From NCBI GenBank assembly GCA_951406725.2, contig OX597815.1, positions 120,404,001 to 120,468,000 of the forward strand: a DNA stretch of 64,000 nucleotides, in the 5' to 3' direction. Shown here piece after piece: positions 38,470 to 52,142 of this stretch (the first letter of the stretch is position 1; each line of letters starts with the position of its first letter). The stretch is from Octopus vulgaris. Taxonomy: Eukaryota. The notes below the pieces were generated by a model. The model did not search any database. It was not told the origin of the DNA and saw nothing but the letters and a program-made list of their open reading frames with translations. A program made the position numbers and the translations under genes.

Positions 38470-38694
38470 TGTTGCTAATAATACTGTCATCGTCCTTGAT
38501 GTTGTTTATTGAACTGCAAGCATAACATCTGAACACAGCATGTATTGTCTCCAACAAACGCATAACTTTATCTTCAGCTGCATAATGATTAAACACGGGA
38601 TTAAGACACGAAAACATTACTCTAGGGATTAATTCAACATTGTTTCTCAGTTCTGTAGAAGTAATATTTAAATATTTAACCACATACTTGGAAT
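38470..38694 (-). CDS. Candidate 225-nt internal exon
   Basis: tttattcttag acceptor and GTAAGT donor; stop-free; phase 1-1. Confidence 0.55.
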
Positions 38695-38757
38695 CTAAGA
38701 ATAAATAGATAAATACATCCATAAATATCGTTTCAAACAGTATTATATTATTGGAAA

Positions 38758-38876
<119 letters not shown>

Positions 38877-39226
38877 GCATGTTTGTATGTATCTACGTAT
38901 GTATGTATGTATGTATGCATGTATGTATGGGTGTATGGGTCACATAGCACAGCTGTTGCAGGTTCGAATCATCGTTGGAAGTGATTATAAGACAAAATGG
39001 CAACAGCTTTGAGATTTCTACTCAATAACAGTCTTAAATACATGAAAATGTATGTGTAAACACAAATACATACATACATACATACATACATACATACATA
39101 CATACATACATACATACATACAAACACACATACATATACACATAGCTATATGCGGCTATGTATGCATTTATGTATGTATGTATGTATGTATGTATGTATG
39201 TATGTATGTATGTATGTACGTACGCA

Positions 39227-39437
39227 TGAGGGGTGCTGAAAAGTTCACGGCTTTGGTTACAAAAAATACAGGAGGATCAGTTAATTCTGATTTTATTCAA
39301 CATATTCCCTCTCAGATTCACACACTTATTGCAGCAGTCCTTCAGTTTTCTAAACCCTGTAAATGAACTTGGAGGGTTGAGCCTCCAGCCAGGCCTTTCA
39401 CAATGTCCTTAACGCCAGGAACTTTCAGTACCCCTCG
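39227..39437. mobile_element. Mariner-derived MITE
   Basis: Inverted termini GAGGGGTGCTGAAAAGTTC and GAACTTTCAGTACCCCTC; TA at the right end. Confidence 0.8.
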
Positions 39438-40078
39438 TATGTGTGTGTGTATATATATTTCTTTACTGCCCACAAGGGGTTAAACACAGAGGGGACAAAC
39501 TAGGTCAGACAAACGGATTAAGTCGATTACATCGACCCCAATGCGTAACTGGTACTTAATTTATCGACCCCGAAAGGATGAAAGGCAAAGTCGACCTCGG
39601 CGGAATTTGAACTCACAACGTAACGGCAGATGAAATACCGCTAAGCATTTCGCCTGGCGTGCTAACGTTTCTGCCGTGCCATCAGTAATTACTCAGTATA
39701 GACAGTTGGTGACTTTTATATAGTAAAACACACAAAAAATAGCGAAACACAGGCACACGACTGAGTTGAAGGCAGATTTACTTCTGTCTTTATAACACGT
39801 AAAGAAAAGGATGCTGTAGGAATGTACGCTGCACGTGTACTACAGCAGTACTATGCATAGCTTAAATACTGTGATTCAAAAGCAGGGGCGAATTATGCCT
39901 GGCTAATCAAAAATTTGAAAAAATAGAATTGCATTTTATGCATAGTAATCAGAGTAACCTTCATAATTTTATTAAATTAAGTACATATTTTGCCATAAAA
40001 GGAAAATGTTACTACCGACCTATTTTATTCAAGGTAGGCACTGCCTACCTAGGCGGCAAGTCCCTGGTACGTACGTAC

Positions 40079-40109
<31 letters not shown>

Positions 40110-40159
40110 TGTATGTATGTATGTATGTATGTATGTATGTATGTATGTATGTATGTATG

Positions 40160-40198
<39 letters not shown>

Positions 40199-40210
40199 AT
40201 GTATGTATGT

Positions 40211-42058
40211 ATAGGAAAGGGCAACAGGAATGATTGTGGTAATTATAGGGGAATATCATTGCTGTCTGCTGTAGGAAAGGTTTTATGCAGGATACTTTTG
40301 GATCGTCTGCTGAAATACATTGCAGATTGTGTTCTTCCAGAAAGTCAATCTGGCTTTCGTGTGAGACGCGGCACTGCTGATATGATCTTTTCAGCTAGAC
40401 AGCTTCAGGAAAAGTGTGTGGAACAGGGTCTGGATTTGTATCAGGTGTTTGTCGATCTGACAAAAGCCTTTGATACCGTCAATAGAAAAGCATTATGGAA
40501 AGTCCTCCAGAAACTTGGGTGTCCTGAAAAGTTCCTTGCTTTGGTCAGGTCTTTTCATGAAGACATGAATGGTAGGGTGAATATTAGAGGGAAGATGTCG
40601 GAGCCCATTTCAATACAAAATGGAGTGAAACAGGGGGATATTCTGGCACCGACCCTATTTTCCATATATTTCGCGATGGTGTTCTGTATTGCGTTCAGAA
40701 TCTGCAGATACGGTGTTTATGTCCATTATCGAACCTCTGGCAGCATATTTAATATCAGGCGCCTTGCTGCAAAAATAAAGATATTTACCTCTATCATAAG
40801 AGACCTTTTGTATGCTGATGATTGTAGCACACACAGAGATTGATATGCAACACATTTTGAATGCATTCTCTGATGCATGCACTGCCTTAGGATTGACAGT
40901 CAATCTCAAGAAAACTGTTGTCATGCATCAACCTGCCCCTGGTAAGCAGTATAGTGTACCAAATATCTATGTAAATGGTAAACGACTTGATGTAGTCGAT
41001 CAGTTTGTCTACCTGGGAAGCACTATTAATAGATATGGCAATGTGGATGATGAAGTTCCATATAGAATTAGGAAAGCAAGTGTTGCTTTCGGAAGGCTAG
41101 AAAAGCGCCTCTGGAGTCGGCGAGACATATGCAGAAAGACAAAGATAAAGGTGTACAAAGCATGTGTGCTCCCTTCTCTTCTCTATGCCTGCGAGACGTG
41201 GGTCACATATCGATACCACCTTAAACATCTGGAACGTTTCCGTCAGATGTGCCTCAGACGGATCTATAGCATTAAGTGGAAGTACCGCGTCAGTGATCTT
41301 GAAATACTCGAAGGCTCTCGGTGTGAAAGTATAGAAGCTCTTGTGTTAAAGCAAAAGGCTCAGATGGAGTGGTCATCTGGTCAGAATGAAGGATTCAAGG
41401 ATGCCAAAACAATTCTTTTATGGAGAGTCATCTAAAGGAGAACGACCTCCACATAAACCATAAAAGAGGTATAAGGACTTGCTGAAGGCTTCCTTAAGAG
41501 ATGCTTGCATCTCTCCTGACACATGGGAAGGCATAGCTATTGATCGTAGCAGGTGGAGAAGGATTGTGCATGAGGGGACAGCCACGTTTGAGAAATCTCG
41601 AGTTGCACATGAGAAAATAAGGAGGGATGTCAGGAAGGGCATCGCTGTTACACTTCCAGAAGGGAAGGGTCTTCCTTTGATTCTGACATGCTATGCCTGT
41701 GCAAGACCCTGCCTCAGTAAAGCTGGACTCATGAGTCATCTTCGTAGTCATAAAACGAGACAGATGAGTGACAACCTGGCCACTGGTGGTGGTGTAACAC
41801 ACCATACTAATCATATCTGTCGGGCATGTGGAAGAGAGTGTAATTCGGCAGGAGGACTTAAACGACATGCAAAGGTACATGAAGCCCAGTTACAACTACA
41901 GCCGGCTATTACCAGTAAAGGTCTTAGTTGCCAATTTTGTACAAGACATTGTAGATCTTTAGCTGGGCTAAAAAGTCACATTCGATCACAGCACCAGTAA
42001 CAGTTAAGCTTCGTGTAATGGCCATACTCGATAACGAGGGGCAGCCAGAAAAAAAAAT
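40211..42058 (+). mobile_element. 5'-truncated RTE-clade LINE (RT plus three C-terminal C2H2 fingers), frameshifted
   Basis: NYRGISLLS, ESQSGFR, FVDLTKAFD, GVKQGDILAP, LLYADD, FVYLGS, LLYACETW; three CxxC-x12-HxxxH units at about 41680-41997; short 3' UTR and A-tail; (TATG)n on both flanks. Confidence 0.92.
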
Positions 42059-42839
42059 ATGTATGTATGTGTATACAAGCGGGTCAGCTTGCAATAATTA
42101 CTGTTAGTTTTATTGGATACGTATTGATTGGTTAAAAAATACTTCTTTTGTTAAACATCTTTTCTAAGAGCTGCTTAAGCAACCTTCCTCTTCTATACAC
42201 TCTATATACAACAGTTCACTGTAAACCTCTTAACTTCCCGGCATTTGCTGTTTGTTTTTGTTTTTGTTTGTCACCACACCATCAATATAATCTAATAAAT
42301 GAGCAGAAAAACAGATTCAAAACAGTGTGAAAACCAATTGATAGAAGCAAGCCAGTTGGGTTATACAGAAGAAACTCAGATTTGAAAATTTAGATGCTTA
42401 AAAAAGTACCTGGATGACTAACGTGCTTCTGGAATTTGGATGAATTCAACAAAATTAATACAAAATTTGGACATCATTGAATTTAAGACATTACTTTCAC
42501 TATCGTCTTCTGGCCTTAAGTATGGTTTGAATTCGTTTGGTAGTAAGTGATAAATTAAAAAAAATATTTTTTTCCCACTTGTTTGTCATACGCTTGAAAT
42601 ATTTTGTATTAATGTTCAATGTTGTTGTTGTTCATACACACGCGTGCGAACATACACACGGGCGCGCATACACATATATGTATATATATATTCATATACA
42701 CACAAAAAAATGGATAGAAAAAGTCGAAAGCTTTGACTCTTTCTATCCAATTTTCTGTGTGTATGTATGTATGTATGTATGTATGTATGTATGTATGTAT
42801 GTATGTATGTATGTATTTGTGTGTGTGTGTATGTGTGTA

Positions 42840-42945
42840 TGTCATTGTTCAGTTTTATTTCAAGATTTCTTGCCAATAGAGAAAGAGCCGGTTTCTAACC
42901 TAGATCCAAGGCTCTTTCATTGGAATTTCAACATCAACAACAGAG

Positions 42946-42979
<34 letters not shown>

Positions 42980-43765
42980 TGTATGTATGTATGTATGTAT
43001 GTATGTATTTATGTATGTATGTATGTATGTATGTATGTATGTATGTATGTATGTATGTATGTATGTATGCATGTATGTATGCATGTATATATGTATCTCC
43101 AAATTTGTACGTTTTATATATGTATTCTCATGCATAGAGTTGCATATCTAGACATGCTCATATTTATTTAAATGATAAACTTCTGGAAAGTTTTACAGAT
43201 TTTTACAGTTCCAGCGATGGACTGGATCTGTAGTCTTCGAATTATGTATGTATGTATGTATGTATGTATGTATGTATGTATGTATGTATGTATGTATGTA
43301 TGTATGTATGTATGTATGTATCTCCAGATTTGTACGTTTTATATATGTATTCTCATGCATAGAGTTGCATATCTAGACATGCTCATATATATTTAAATGA
43401 TAAACCTCTGGAAAGTTTTATAGATTTTTACAGTTCCAGTGATGGATTAGCTTTCGAATTAGCTTTCTCCTTTCTGGTCTTAAGAATCCTAATTTCTCAA
43501 GATTGGTATTTAGACAGTGTGTTACATATCCCAGGGCCCCAATAATTGCAGGTATAAACCTGAACTTGTAATCTGGATAGAGTCACTATAGATTTCTCAA
43601 TAGTTCAGCATAAGTGTTCTCATTTTCACTGATCTTCAGCTTTACGTTAACATCCGCTGGGTAGCTGATTTCCACAACTGTGTACAGTTTCTCTTCTCAA
43701 TCCCAAATCATTATATCAGGTCTTCACTGGTGCATTCCACCAGTATTCCTTTTTATTGGGAGTGG
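42840..43765 (-). mobile_element. Stacked 3' ends of an R2-superfamily (RLE) LINE in a (CATA)n array
   Basis: 43320-43765 translates KEYWWN..RPDIMIWD...VVEISYP...IIGALG...TGTVKI; 43095-43222 repeats its tail; the module at 42840-42945 recurs inverted at 17837-17945. Confidence 0.8.
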
Positions 43766-44486
43766 CTTGTATGTACGTACGTATGTATGTATGTATGTAT
43801 GTATGTATGTATGTATGTATGTATGTATGTATGTATGTATGTATGTATGTATGTATGTATGTATATGGTGGACTCTTCCGTCGAAGACGATATATGAGTG
43901 TTCAGTTTTTGCCAAACGAAACGACCTGCACAAATGATTTGTTTATAATGATCAAATGATCATGCTGCACATTGGCTCACTCCATCCATCAAATCAACGT
44001 TGCTTGAACAAGTGCATGGTGTACCCCGCGTCAGGTGTTGAAGTGATCGCATAGCAACGTCAGATGAAGTGTTTTGCTCAAAAGCATAACGCATCATCCG
44101 ATCTAGGAATTGAAGCCACGATCTCATGAACATGAGTGCAACACTCTAACCATTAGGCCATGCGCTCTAAGTGTCCCACTACTGCCGTAGTCTAGTGATT
44201 GAAACAAGTAAAAAATAAAAGATAAAAATAAAATAAACATATAATATATGTATGTATCCACAAACATATATATATAATATGTGTGTGTTGTTTTAGTTAA
44301 TGGACAGTGGTCATGGTGAGGTACTGCCTTGAAGGGTTTAGTCGAACAAATCGACCCCAGTACACATTTTGTTAACTAAAAATATCTCGAATTATTTTAA
44401 GACTCTTTTGCCGAACAGCTAGGCACGGGGAAATAAACAAACCAACACCAGTTGTCAAGCGGTGCATGAGACAAGCAGACAGGCAG

Positions 44487-44567
<81 letters not shown>

Positions 44568-45160
44568 TATGTATATGACGGTCTTCTACGCAGTTATATC
44601 TACCGAATTCCCTCACAAGACTTTAGTCGACCCGAGGCTGTTGTATAATATACTTAGCTATGGCACTGCACAGTGGGACTGAACCCGAAAATATGAGGCT
44701 GCAAAGCAAGCATCTTAACCACACAGCTATGCCTGTGCCGATAGCCATGGATACACAGATGTGGATCTGTGTATGTGTTCGTGTGTGTGTATGTGTGTGA
44801 TATCGTTATGTCAGCTCGTATAAAATATCACCTAAGGATAGTTTTTTTTGTTTTTGTTTTAAGTTTTCCTTCATTGTAACACTGCTATAGTTGACCAACG
44901 ACTTACTTCCACCGTTAGTAACACTTTCAGCCGACTTAAAACGAACACTTTTAGCAAGAGCTCGAAGCGATTGTAAAATATACAAAAAGGATCATTTTTT
45001 AATGTATAGCTTTTAAGCATTATCAATGACATAGTCACAGTGTATGTGTTTTTGCTTACCCGCCCATTAGCTTCTGAATAACGTCCTGGAAAACGTCCCT
45101 TCACGACATCGGGTGTTAAAAAACACTGAATGTCTGAGAACAAGTGAGAGAATTCGTTCG

Positions 45161-45204
45161 AAAGGTGAACGTATTTCGCTATCCTTTTAGCTCTTCAGCG
45201 CTTT
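45161..45204 (-). ncRNA. Minimal hammerhead-like motif
   Basis: Minus strand AAAGCG-CTGAAGA-GCTA AAAGGA TAGC-GAAA-TACGTT-CACCTTT; perfect core and stem II, imperfect stem I. Confidence 0.6.
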
Positions 45205-45308
45205 ATACTTGATCCACCACAAAACGAAGAGTATCGCTAATCGGAAACATATATACAAATAGTGTATAATCTATTTGCTGATGTGCTGTGGTGTAGCATA
45301 TGTGAGAC

Positions 45309-45489
45309 AAAATTAAATTATGAAGTGAAGCAGCTCCAATAATACAAATATCATCGATGACAAATACATAGTGTACGTTTCCCAGGACGCTATCCCGCAG
45401 CTAATGGGCGTAAAAATGAAATACATACAGTATGTATCATCGCCTATATTTACATTATTAGAGCTGCTTTTAATTCAACATTTAAATTT
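45309..45489. repeat. Old imperfect fold-back with arms of about 70 bp
   Basis: AAGCAGCTC.AATAAT..AAATAT inverted to ATATTT..ATTATT.GAGCTGCTT; both arms begin internally at GAAA. Confidence 0.65.
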
Positions 45490-46088
45490 GCATAGATCTT
45501 AAGATTTAGTAAAAAAAAACCCAAAAAAAATAATTTTATCCATGGCGCCTGTCAAATTGACGTATTCGGACACTGCTATGATCGCTCTATGTCATTGTAG
45601 TTAAATACAATACCGTTCATTGCATCTTTTTATGGCTGATGAACACGAAAACGTTACCGTTGTTTCAGTTTTTTCTGCTTGTATTTTTTATTCTTTTATT
45701 TCATTATTGCTATTGATGAGTAGGCGTTATTTAAAACCGAGATAGTTTCCGTATATAAGAATCCCGTTTTTCTTTTTTTCGTGAAGGTCAGAAAAAATAA
45801 GGTGCGAATAAAGTGGGAGGTCTTTTAAAGCAGGGACAAACGGGAGATGGGTGAACAATGTTTGAAAATTAGCGGTGCCTACTTAGCAAACGATGAAATA
45901 TCAGTTTAGTAAAGAAAGATGTCCGTCCCACTTCAGCACAGAGAGATGAACTTAATTGTCATATATACAATTTACTCATACGTATCAGTACACTCGCCAT
46001 GACTTCTCTATCAACGCGTGTACACGCACACACAGAGATATAAATGCAAACACTCTCTCTTCCTCTCTCTCCCTATCTCTCTCCCTCT

Positions 46089-46135
<47 letters not shown>

Positions 46136-48966
46136 AACACCTACTTGCATACACATTTCTCACTATATTTTATCCATTCATACATGTATAAGAACAAGTA
46201 TGTCGCTTAAGTATAGTAAAGGACATGCGAACGAAACTATCACAAGGCAGCGATATACTTGAACGCTCAAGACTATCGTGGATTTAAAGTTTTCAAATAT
46301 CAATGCTTAACCACCTCCTCGTCTATGTTTTTGTCAGATGAATTTAAGATGGAAAAAGCTGTTATAATACGAGCAGCCACATATATTGCGTGTAATAAAA
46401 ATCAGGATTTGAATTCAATATAAAGATTGACTGAAGTACTTGGGTACTCGGTTTGGCGGACTGATTTCGAACCTTGTCACAAGGATATTATTTGGTATAC
46501 GTGGCCTCAATATATGGAAAGTGCTCATGAAAAGCAAAGTCGACGAGTTAATATTAAATCGCAAAATGAATATCTATTTATGAGCTTTGTCTGAAAGCTT
46601 TCTCCAGATGATAAGCGTACTTATTCTATTTTAGTAAATGATATTTAAAATAAAATGCGTACGTATGAATATACGATTTCGTTGATTAGATGGGTAAGTA
46701 TCTTTATTGCTAAATTTGAACGTATGGCCGTGGTTAAAAAGTTTGCTTGGCATTCACGTAACTTCAAGATTCATCCGGGCAAAATTTAGGTACACAGACA
46801 TTAACAAGAGGTCCGTAGGCTGGACTTAAACCTCTGCTTATGTAGTAGGCTCAATCCGTTGTTCGGTTTATCACATGTTTCTTGGTATATCTAACGAAAA
46901 TTCACTCTTCTGTGACTTTCGCCAAGTCACCAATCTGAAGCTATCTTAATCGATATCTTAATGTGGTATTTCCCACAGTAACACTTGGCTTCTTTTTTCT
47001 TTTTTTTCCCCCTTTCCTTTCTTCCACCAGTCTTGGAAGCTCTGTAAAAGTTATATTCTCTGAGTAGGCTCTAACAGAAAGAAAAATGAAATAAAGGAAA
47101 AATCTATAATCCCAGGTTAACTTATGATGCATCATCCTGTTTGATCTGAGATTGGAGGGAACCTGAGCTTAACCCCTTATCACGCATTGTGATGTTGATT
47201 CTGCTAGAACATTTAGTTACAGTTACAAACGACTGTAATATACTCACCCGCTTAATAACATAGCCAAGCTCAAAACCGATGCGAGATTCATTATCTTCAT
47301 CATCATTCCCATCCTTTCCTCCTCCTCCTCCTCAGCAGCAGCAGCAGCATCAGCAACAAGAGCAACAGGATATGCATTTCATTGCCGAGAAAATGAACAT
47401 TAGTGATTTCGTTTGATAAAACACACGGCTCAACATTTTATGGCAGAAAGAAAAGGACATTACTTGGATGAAATATTTTTCATCTGGGAAAGTAAACCGG
47501 GAGGTGACGAATTAGCAGAGTCGTTAGAGCATCGGATTCTGGCTCTTTGCGTTTGTAATTTCAAATTCCACTTAGGTCATTCTTCTGTGGGGTGGGGGTC
47601 GATAAAATAAAGTACCATTCTAGGGTAGTAAGTTTGTGGCATCATTAGACAACATTCGGACAGCTTTCCTTGCGGTATATTTTCAGGTTTTATCCGTCCT
47701 GAATCCTGCCGTAGCCTACTTGGGTGATAAACTTATTTCATCAGCCGGTTTAACTCTACTCCCTGGTACTTGGGTGGCTTAACCGAGGACTCCAATTTTG
47801 TGGCTAGCTTTCGAGTCAGGTCTCTCGCTTGAGCATATATTCCTCCCTGTGACTTAGCAGCCTTAAAAGCCCGCTAAAGGCTATGTGTACAGCCCTCCCT
47901 TCTAGTCAAACGACCCACCGCCATTTTAGATCTCGATAAAGAGCGATTGCAGACTAAGTAAAATATAGCTGAAACCTTCTCGTACTACCTCCCATTTCTT
48001 ATTCATTCGGTCTGCACACGAACATACAAACACAGGTATACATAGACACATAAAACATAAAACACACTGTACATCTACAGACATTAGCATACACCAAGCT
48101 TTTCTTTTTTTCTGATAGCGTGTATTTCTGCGTATACGTGTGTGTGTGTGTATGTGTATTTACAAATAGATACGCAAACCCACACATGAGCGTGTGCGTC
48201 TGCATATCTATTTGTAAAAAGGCTGTGAAGGTGTATGAACTTGGAGGCGTGTTTTACGGTGGTGAGTGGTGAGGATGTCAAAGATTCAAATCAAGAGAAA
48301 GGTTATTGAAAAGAATTTCTCTCAATTACCTACTTTCTTTATCCTTCTCCCTAGATGTGAAGTTGACCAAGTAACCTGACCTTTTTATACTCCACTCTCC
48401 TTTAAACTTCCCTGACGAATTCATTTACTAGCTTTTTCTTTTTCACGTCTTTTCCATTACCTTTTTAACAGTCTTCCACCCTCTTCAGTGTTAGCAAGGG
48501 CCAAATATCAACATTACCCGTGACAATTTTGCTTTATTTCCTTTTACATTTGTTGTTGTTATTGTTGTTTTACTCCAAACAATACCTGAGTATTTTGCGC
48601 TTCGTTATTTTAATTTTTCTTTATACAACCGCATACTTCCATCGTATACATATGCATACATTTAAATGTATATGATATCACACACAAAAGTGTATTATAA
48701 ATACTCAAATGTATGGGTATGCGTGTGTATGTATCTATACAACAATATTTGCACACACACACACAGACACATGTATGTATATGTGTGTATACATATATAC
48801 AGTCCAATGATAAGCTTGGCTGGCCGAAGCTTCGAAGTCACTCTTAACAATACTCTTGTTAAAGATTTAAAATTTGTACTCTACCAAATACATTGAGTAA
48901 TCCTTCAGTTTAATGTAAAATTGCTTTTTATAACTTAAAAACAAACATTAATACACACAAACACAA

Positions 48967-49048
<82 letters not shown>

Positions 49049-50625
49049 GCGGCGACTTCATACTAAAGCATGGAATTATAACAATCAAAGCTGTATACTT
49101 ATGTAGTGTACATATAGCATATACGTTACCCTCTTTCCAGCTGTCTCATATAAATCGGATTTCTTTATTGCATTTATTCTATGTCTTAAGCATGTATATG
49201 AATATCACATTTTAATACCAAGTCTTTTCAATTACAAAATACCGTCTAGTTTTGTCTTTGTAGTCAATGATTTTGATATTTTCTTGCATTTTGTGTGAAC
49301 CAGAAAAGTTTCTAAATCACCAATATCAACGTTTCTGTAACATCATAGTCTCATCTTCAAGATGAGGTGATGTTGGCGTACGTTGCTACTCTTCCAATAA
49401 ACATTAGCAAAGATATTAGTATAGATGTTACTGCTGGAATTTCAATTTAAATGTTTAGATTTATATGTCATAAGTTATGTATGTAGTTTTGTTTGAAACT
49501 AATGTATGTTGCCTACGTGATTATTTTATGAATATTGATTGCAATCATCAATCGTTTTGCTTGTATGGAGATAGGTGAAAGATGTGCGTTGTTCACTAAT
49601 GTATTCCGATTCATTACAAACACACATACTCACTCCCTCTCTCCCTCCCCCCTCTCTCTCTCTCTTTCTCATAAACCCATATTCTGATAAATACTACTAT
49701 ATGATACTAGACTATTACAATTTTAGATGAATAATGTTGATTTCAAGATACCATCCGCCTTAATTTTAAGCAAATGATTCCTCTTGATTTGCAGTCGGCG
49801 AGTATTGTAGATCTGGCAGAAACGTTAGCGCGCCGGGCGAAATGCCTTGCGGTTTTTCGTCTGTCGTTACGTTCTGGGTTCAAATTCCACCGAGGTCGAC
49901 TTTACCTTTCATCCTTTCGGGGTCGATAAATAAAGTACCAGTTTCGCACTGGGGTCGATGTAATCGACTTACTCCCTTTGTCAGTCCTTGTTTGTCCCCT
50001 CTATGTTTAGCCCCTTGTGGGTAGTAAAGAAATATATTGTAGATCTGTATTATAAAAACAGCCATTAGCTGATTCACACAACTAAACGTTAAGGTCTCAT
50101 CTTTCTCTCGCTTTCTCTAATCAGGCAACGACGCCTTATTCATGACTTCTGAAATACAAGGTTACCCGAAGGTAAATAAAAGTATATAAACTGCTACAAC
50201 TGTACCATTTGGGAACGAAGTGTTTTAGATACTTTAAAAGTAAGAGATGAATACTTTTCTGAATGAAAAGTACATGAGGTAAAGGCTTTAAAAGTCAAGT
50301 TTCGCTTCAGGGTTACAATCCCGATCTGGGATGTCATTCGTTTTAGAAGTAATACAATGAAATAATGCAAAAGATAAATAGCGTTCATAAATTATTTTTA
50401 TGGACGCTACACACACACACACACACACATACACACACACACGCATATATGCGCGCGCACTGACAAACACATGCTCTTGTGACTTAAATTTACTTAAAGT
50501 TACGCAAACTTCCTTTTACGTCTGTGAAATTTTAAGCAATGCAAAGTGAAATCACAAACTGCGTAAGTAATGAGAACTCTTTTCTTCTGTCTGTGCGTGC
50601 ATCTGTATGTATGTGTATGTATGTG

Positions 50626-50675
<50 letters not shown>

Positions 50676-50831
50676 CACATAATTAATAATATTAAAGGGT
50701 TATCTGAAATATTAGAAATTTCCATTACCAGTGACCAAACGTGTAAAAAATTTAGTCAATAATCTATATATTATTCATATAAATACACTGTATTTATATG
50801 AATTATATATATATATATATATATATAATTC

Positions 50832-50862
<31 letters not shown>

Positions 50863-50955
50863 CAGAGAGAGAGAGGGAGAGATAGTTAGATATATGTGTA
50901 TGTATATATATTTTTTACACACATGCATACATACATACACACTTATATGCATATT

Positions 50956-50996
<41 letters not shown>

Positions 50997-51512
50997 GTAT
51001 GTGTGTGTGTACGGCTATGTAAATGTGTGTGAAAATGTATGTATGTATGTATGCGTGTGTATCTGTGTGTACAAATGCGTGTGTGTGTCCATAATTGACG
51101 AGAGCTGTAAACATCAGCGAAGAAACTGAAAAAAAGAATTGAAGCTTTTGTATAAAAATATTGTGCAGTTGTTGTTCCTCCCAAGTTACGAAGAGAATCC
51201 TTTGTCACTCTCGCCATTAGAAACCAGTAGTAAACAACAATATCGTACACGAAATGTTACGTAAAATATAATATAAATAGACACTTATCTCTTTGGATGA
51301 ATGTGATATATGTTTCATTTTTCTCACATTTGTTGTTATTTGAATAAAAAAAAATGAATACTTTATATTTTTCTCACTTGTTATTTTGTAACAATGAATA
51401 TATCCAGGATAGTAAGTAGCTAGATATAGTGTGTTATGGTATTTAGTTAAATGTGTACGTGTTATGGCATTGGTGATTTAGACATTGGTTGCTTTATCAA
51501 TAACCAGTAATA

Positions 51513-52058
51513 TTGGGTTGTCCGGAAAGTTCGTGCCGATTTTTAAAGTAAAGAAAAAGGTCAATAAATATTTGCCTTTACATTTTTAATCAACTAAATA
51601 TGAACCATTTTGTTGCACAATGAGGTTCCATCTTTCCTTTAACTTGAGAATACCCTCTTCCCAGAATTTAGGTGGTTTCATGGCAAAGAATTAAGGTATC
51701 TTTTTATGTCATCCAAGGAATTGAAATTTTTACCATTAAGACTATTCTGCAGAAACCTGTATAAGTGGAAATCCGAAGGAGCAATATCTGGTGAATATGG
51801 AGGATAGGGTAACATATCCCAACCGAGCTGCAGCAATTTTTGTCTGGTTCCCAAAGCATCAAGTGCCGAAAATGAACTTTCTTATCTTCCATTTTAAAGG
51901 GTTACAGAATTAACACAGGTTATAGGAACATAAGTCTTCTTCCACGAAAAGATAGCTTAAACTGTGCTCTAAATGGAGGTGTAGTCAAATCCTATTTTAT
52001 AGACTCAAGTCGAAAGGTAAGCTACTATAAATCGGCACGAACTTTCCGGACGACCCAA
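51513..52058 (-). mobile_element. Internally deleted mariner element
   Basis: About 30-bp TIRs TTGGGTTGTCCGGAAAGTTCGTGCCGATTT, TA TSD; transposase N-terminus MEDKKVHFRHLML joined to a YPPYSPDIAPSDFHLY C-terminus. Confidence 0.92.
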
Positions 52059-52142
52059 TACATTGAATTATCTCTTCTATAATCTGAGAGCTAACAACTA
52101 TATAAAATATTACTAAAATCTTTACAAATACTAATAATTAAA

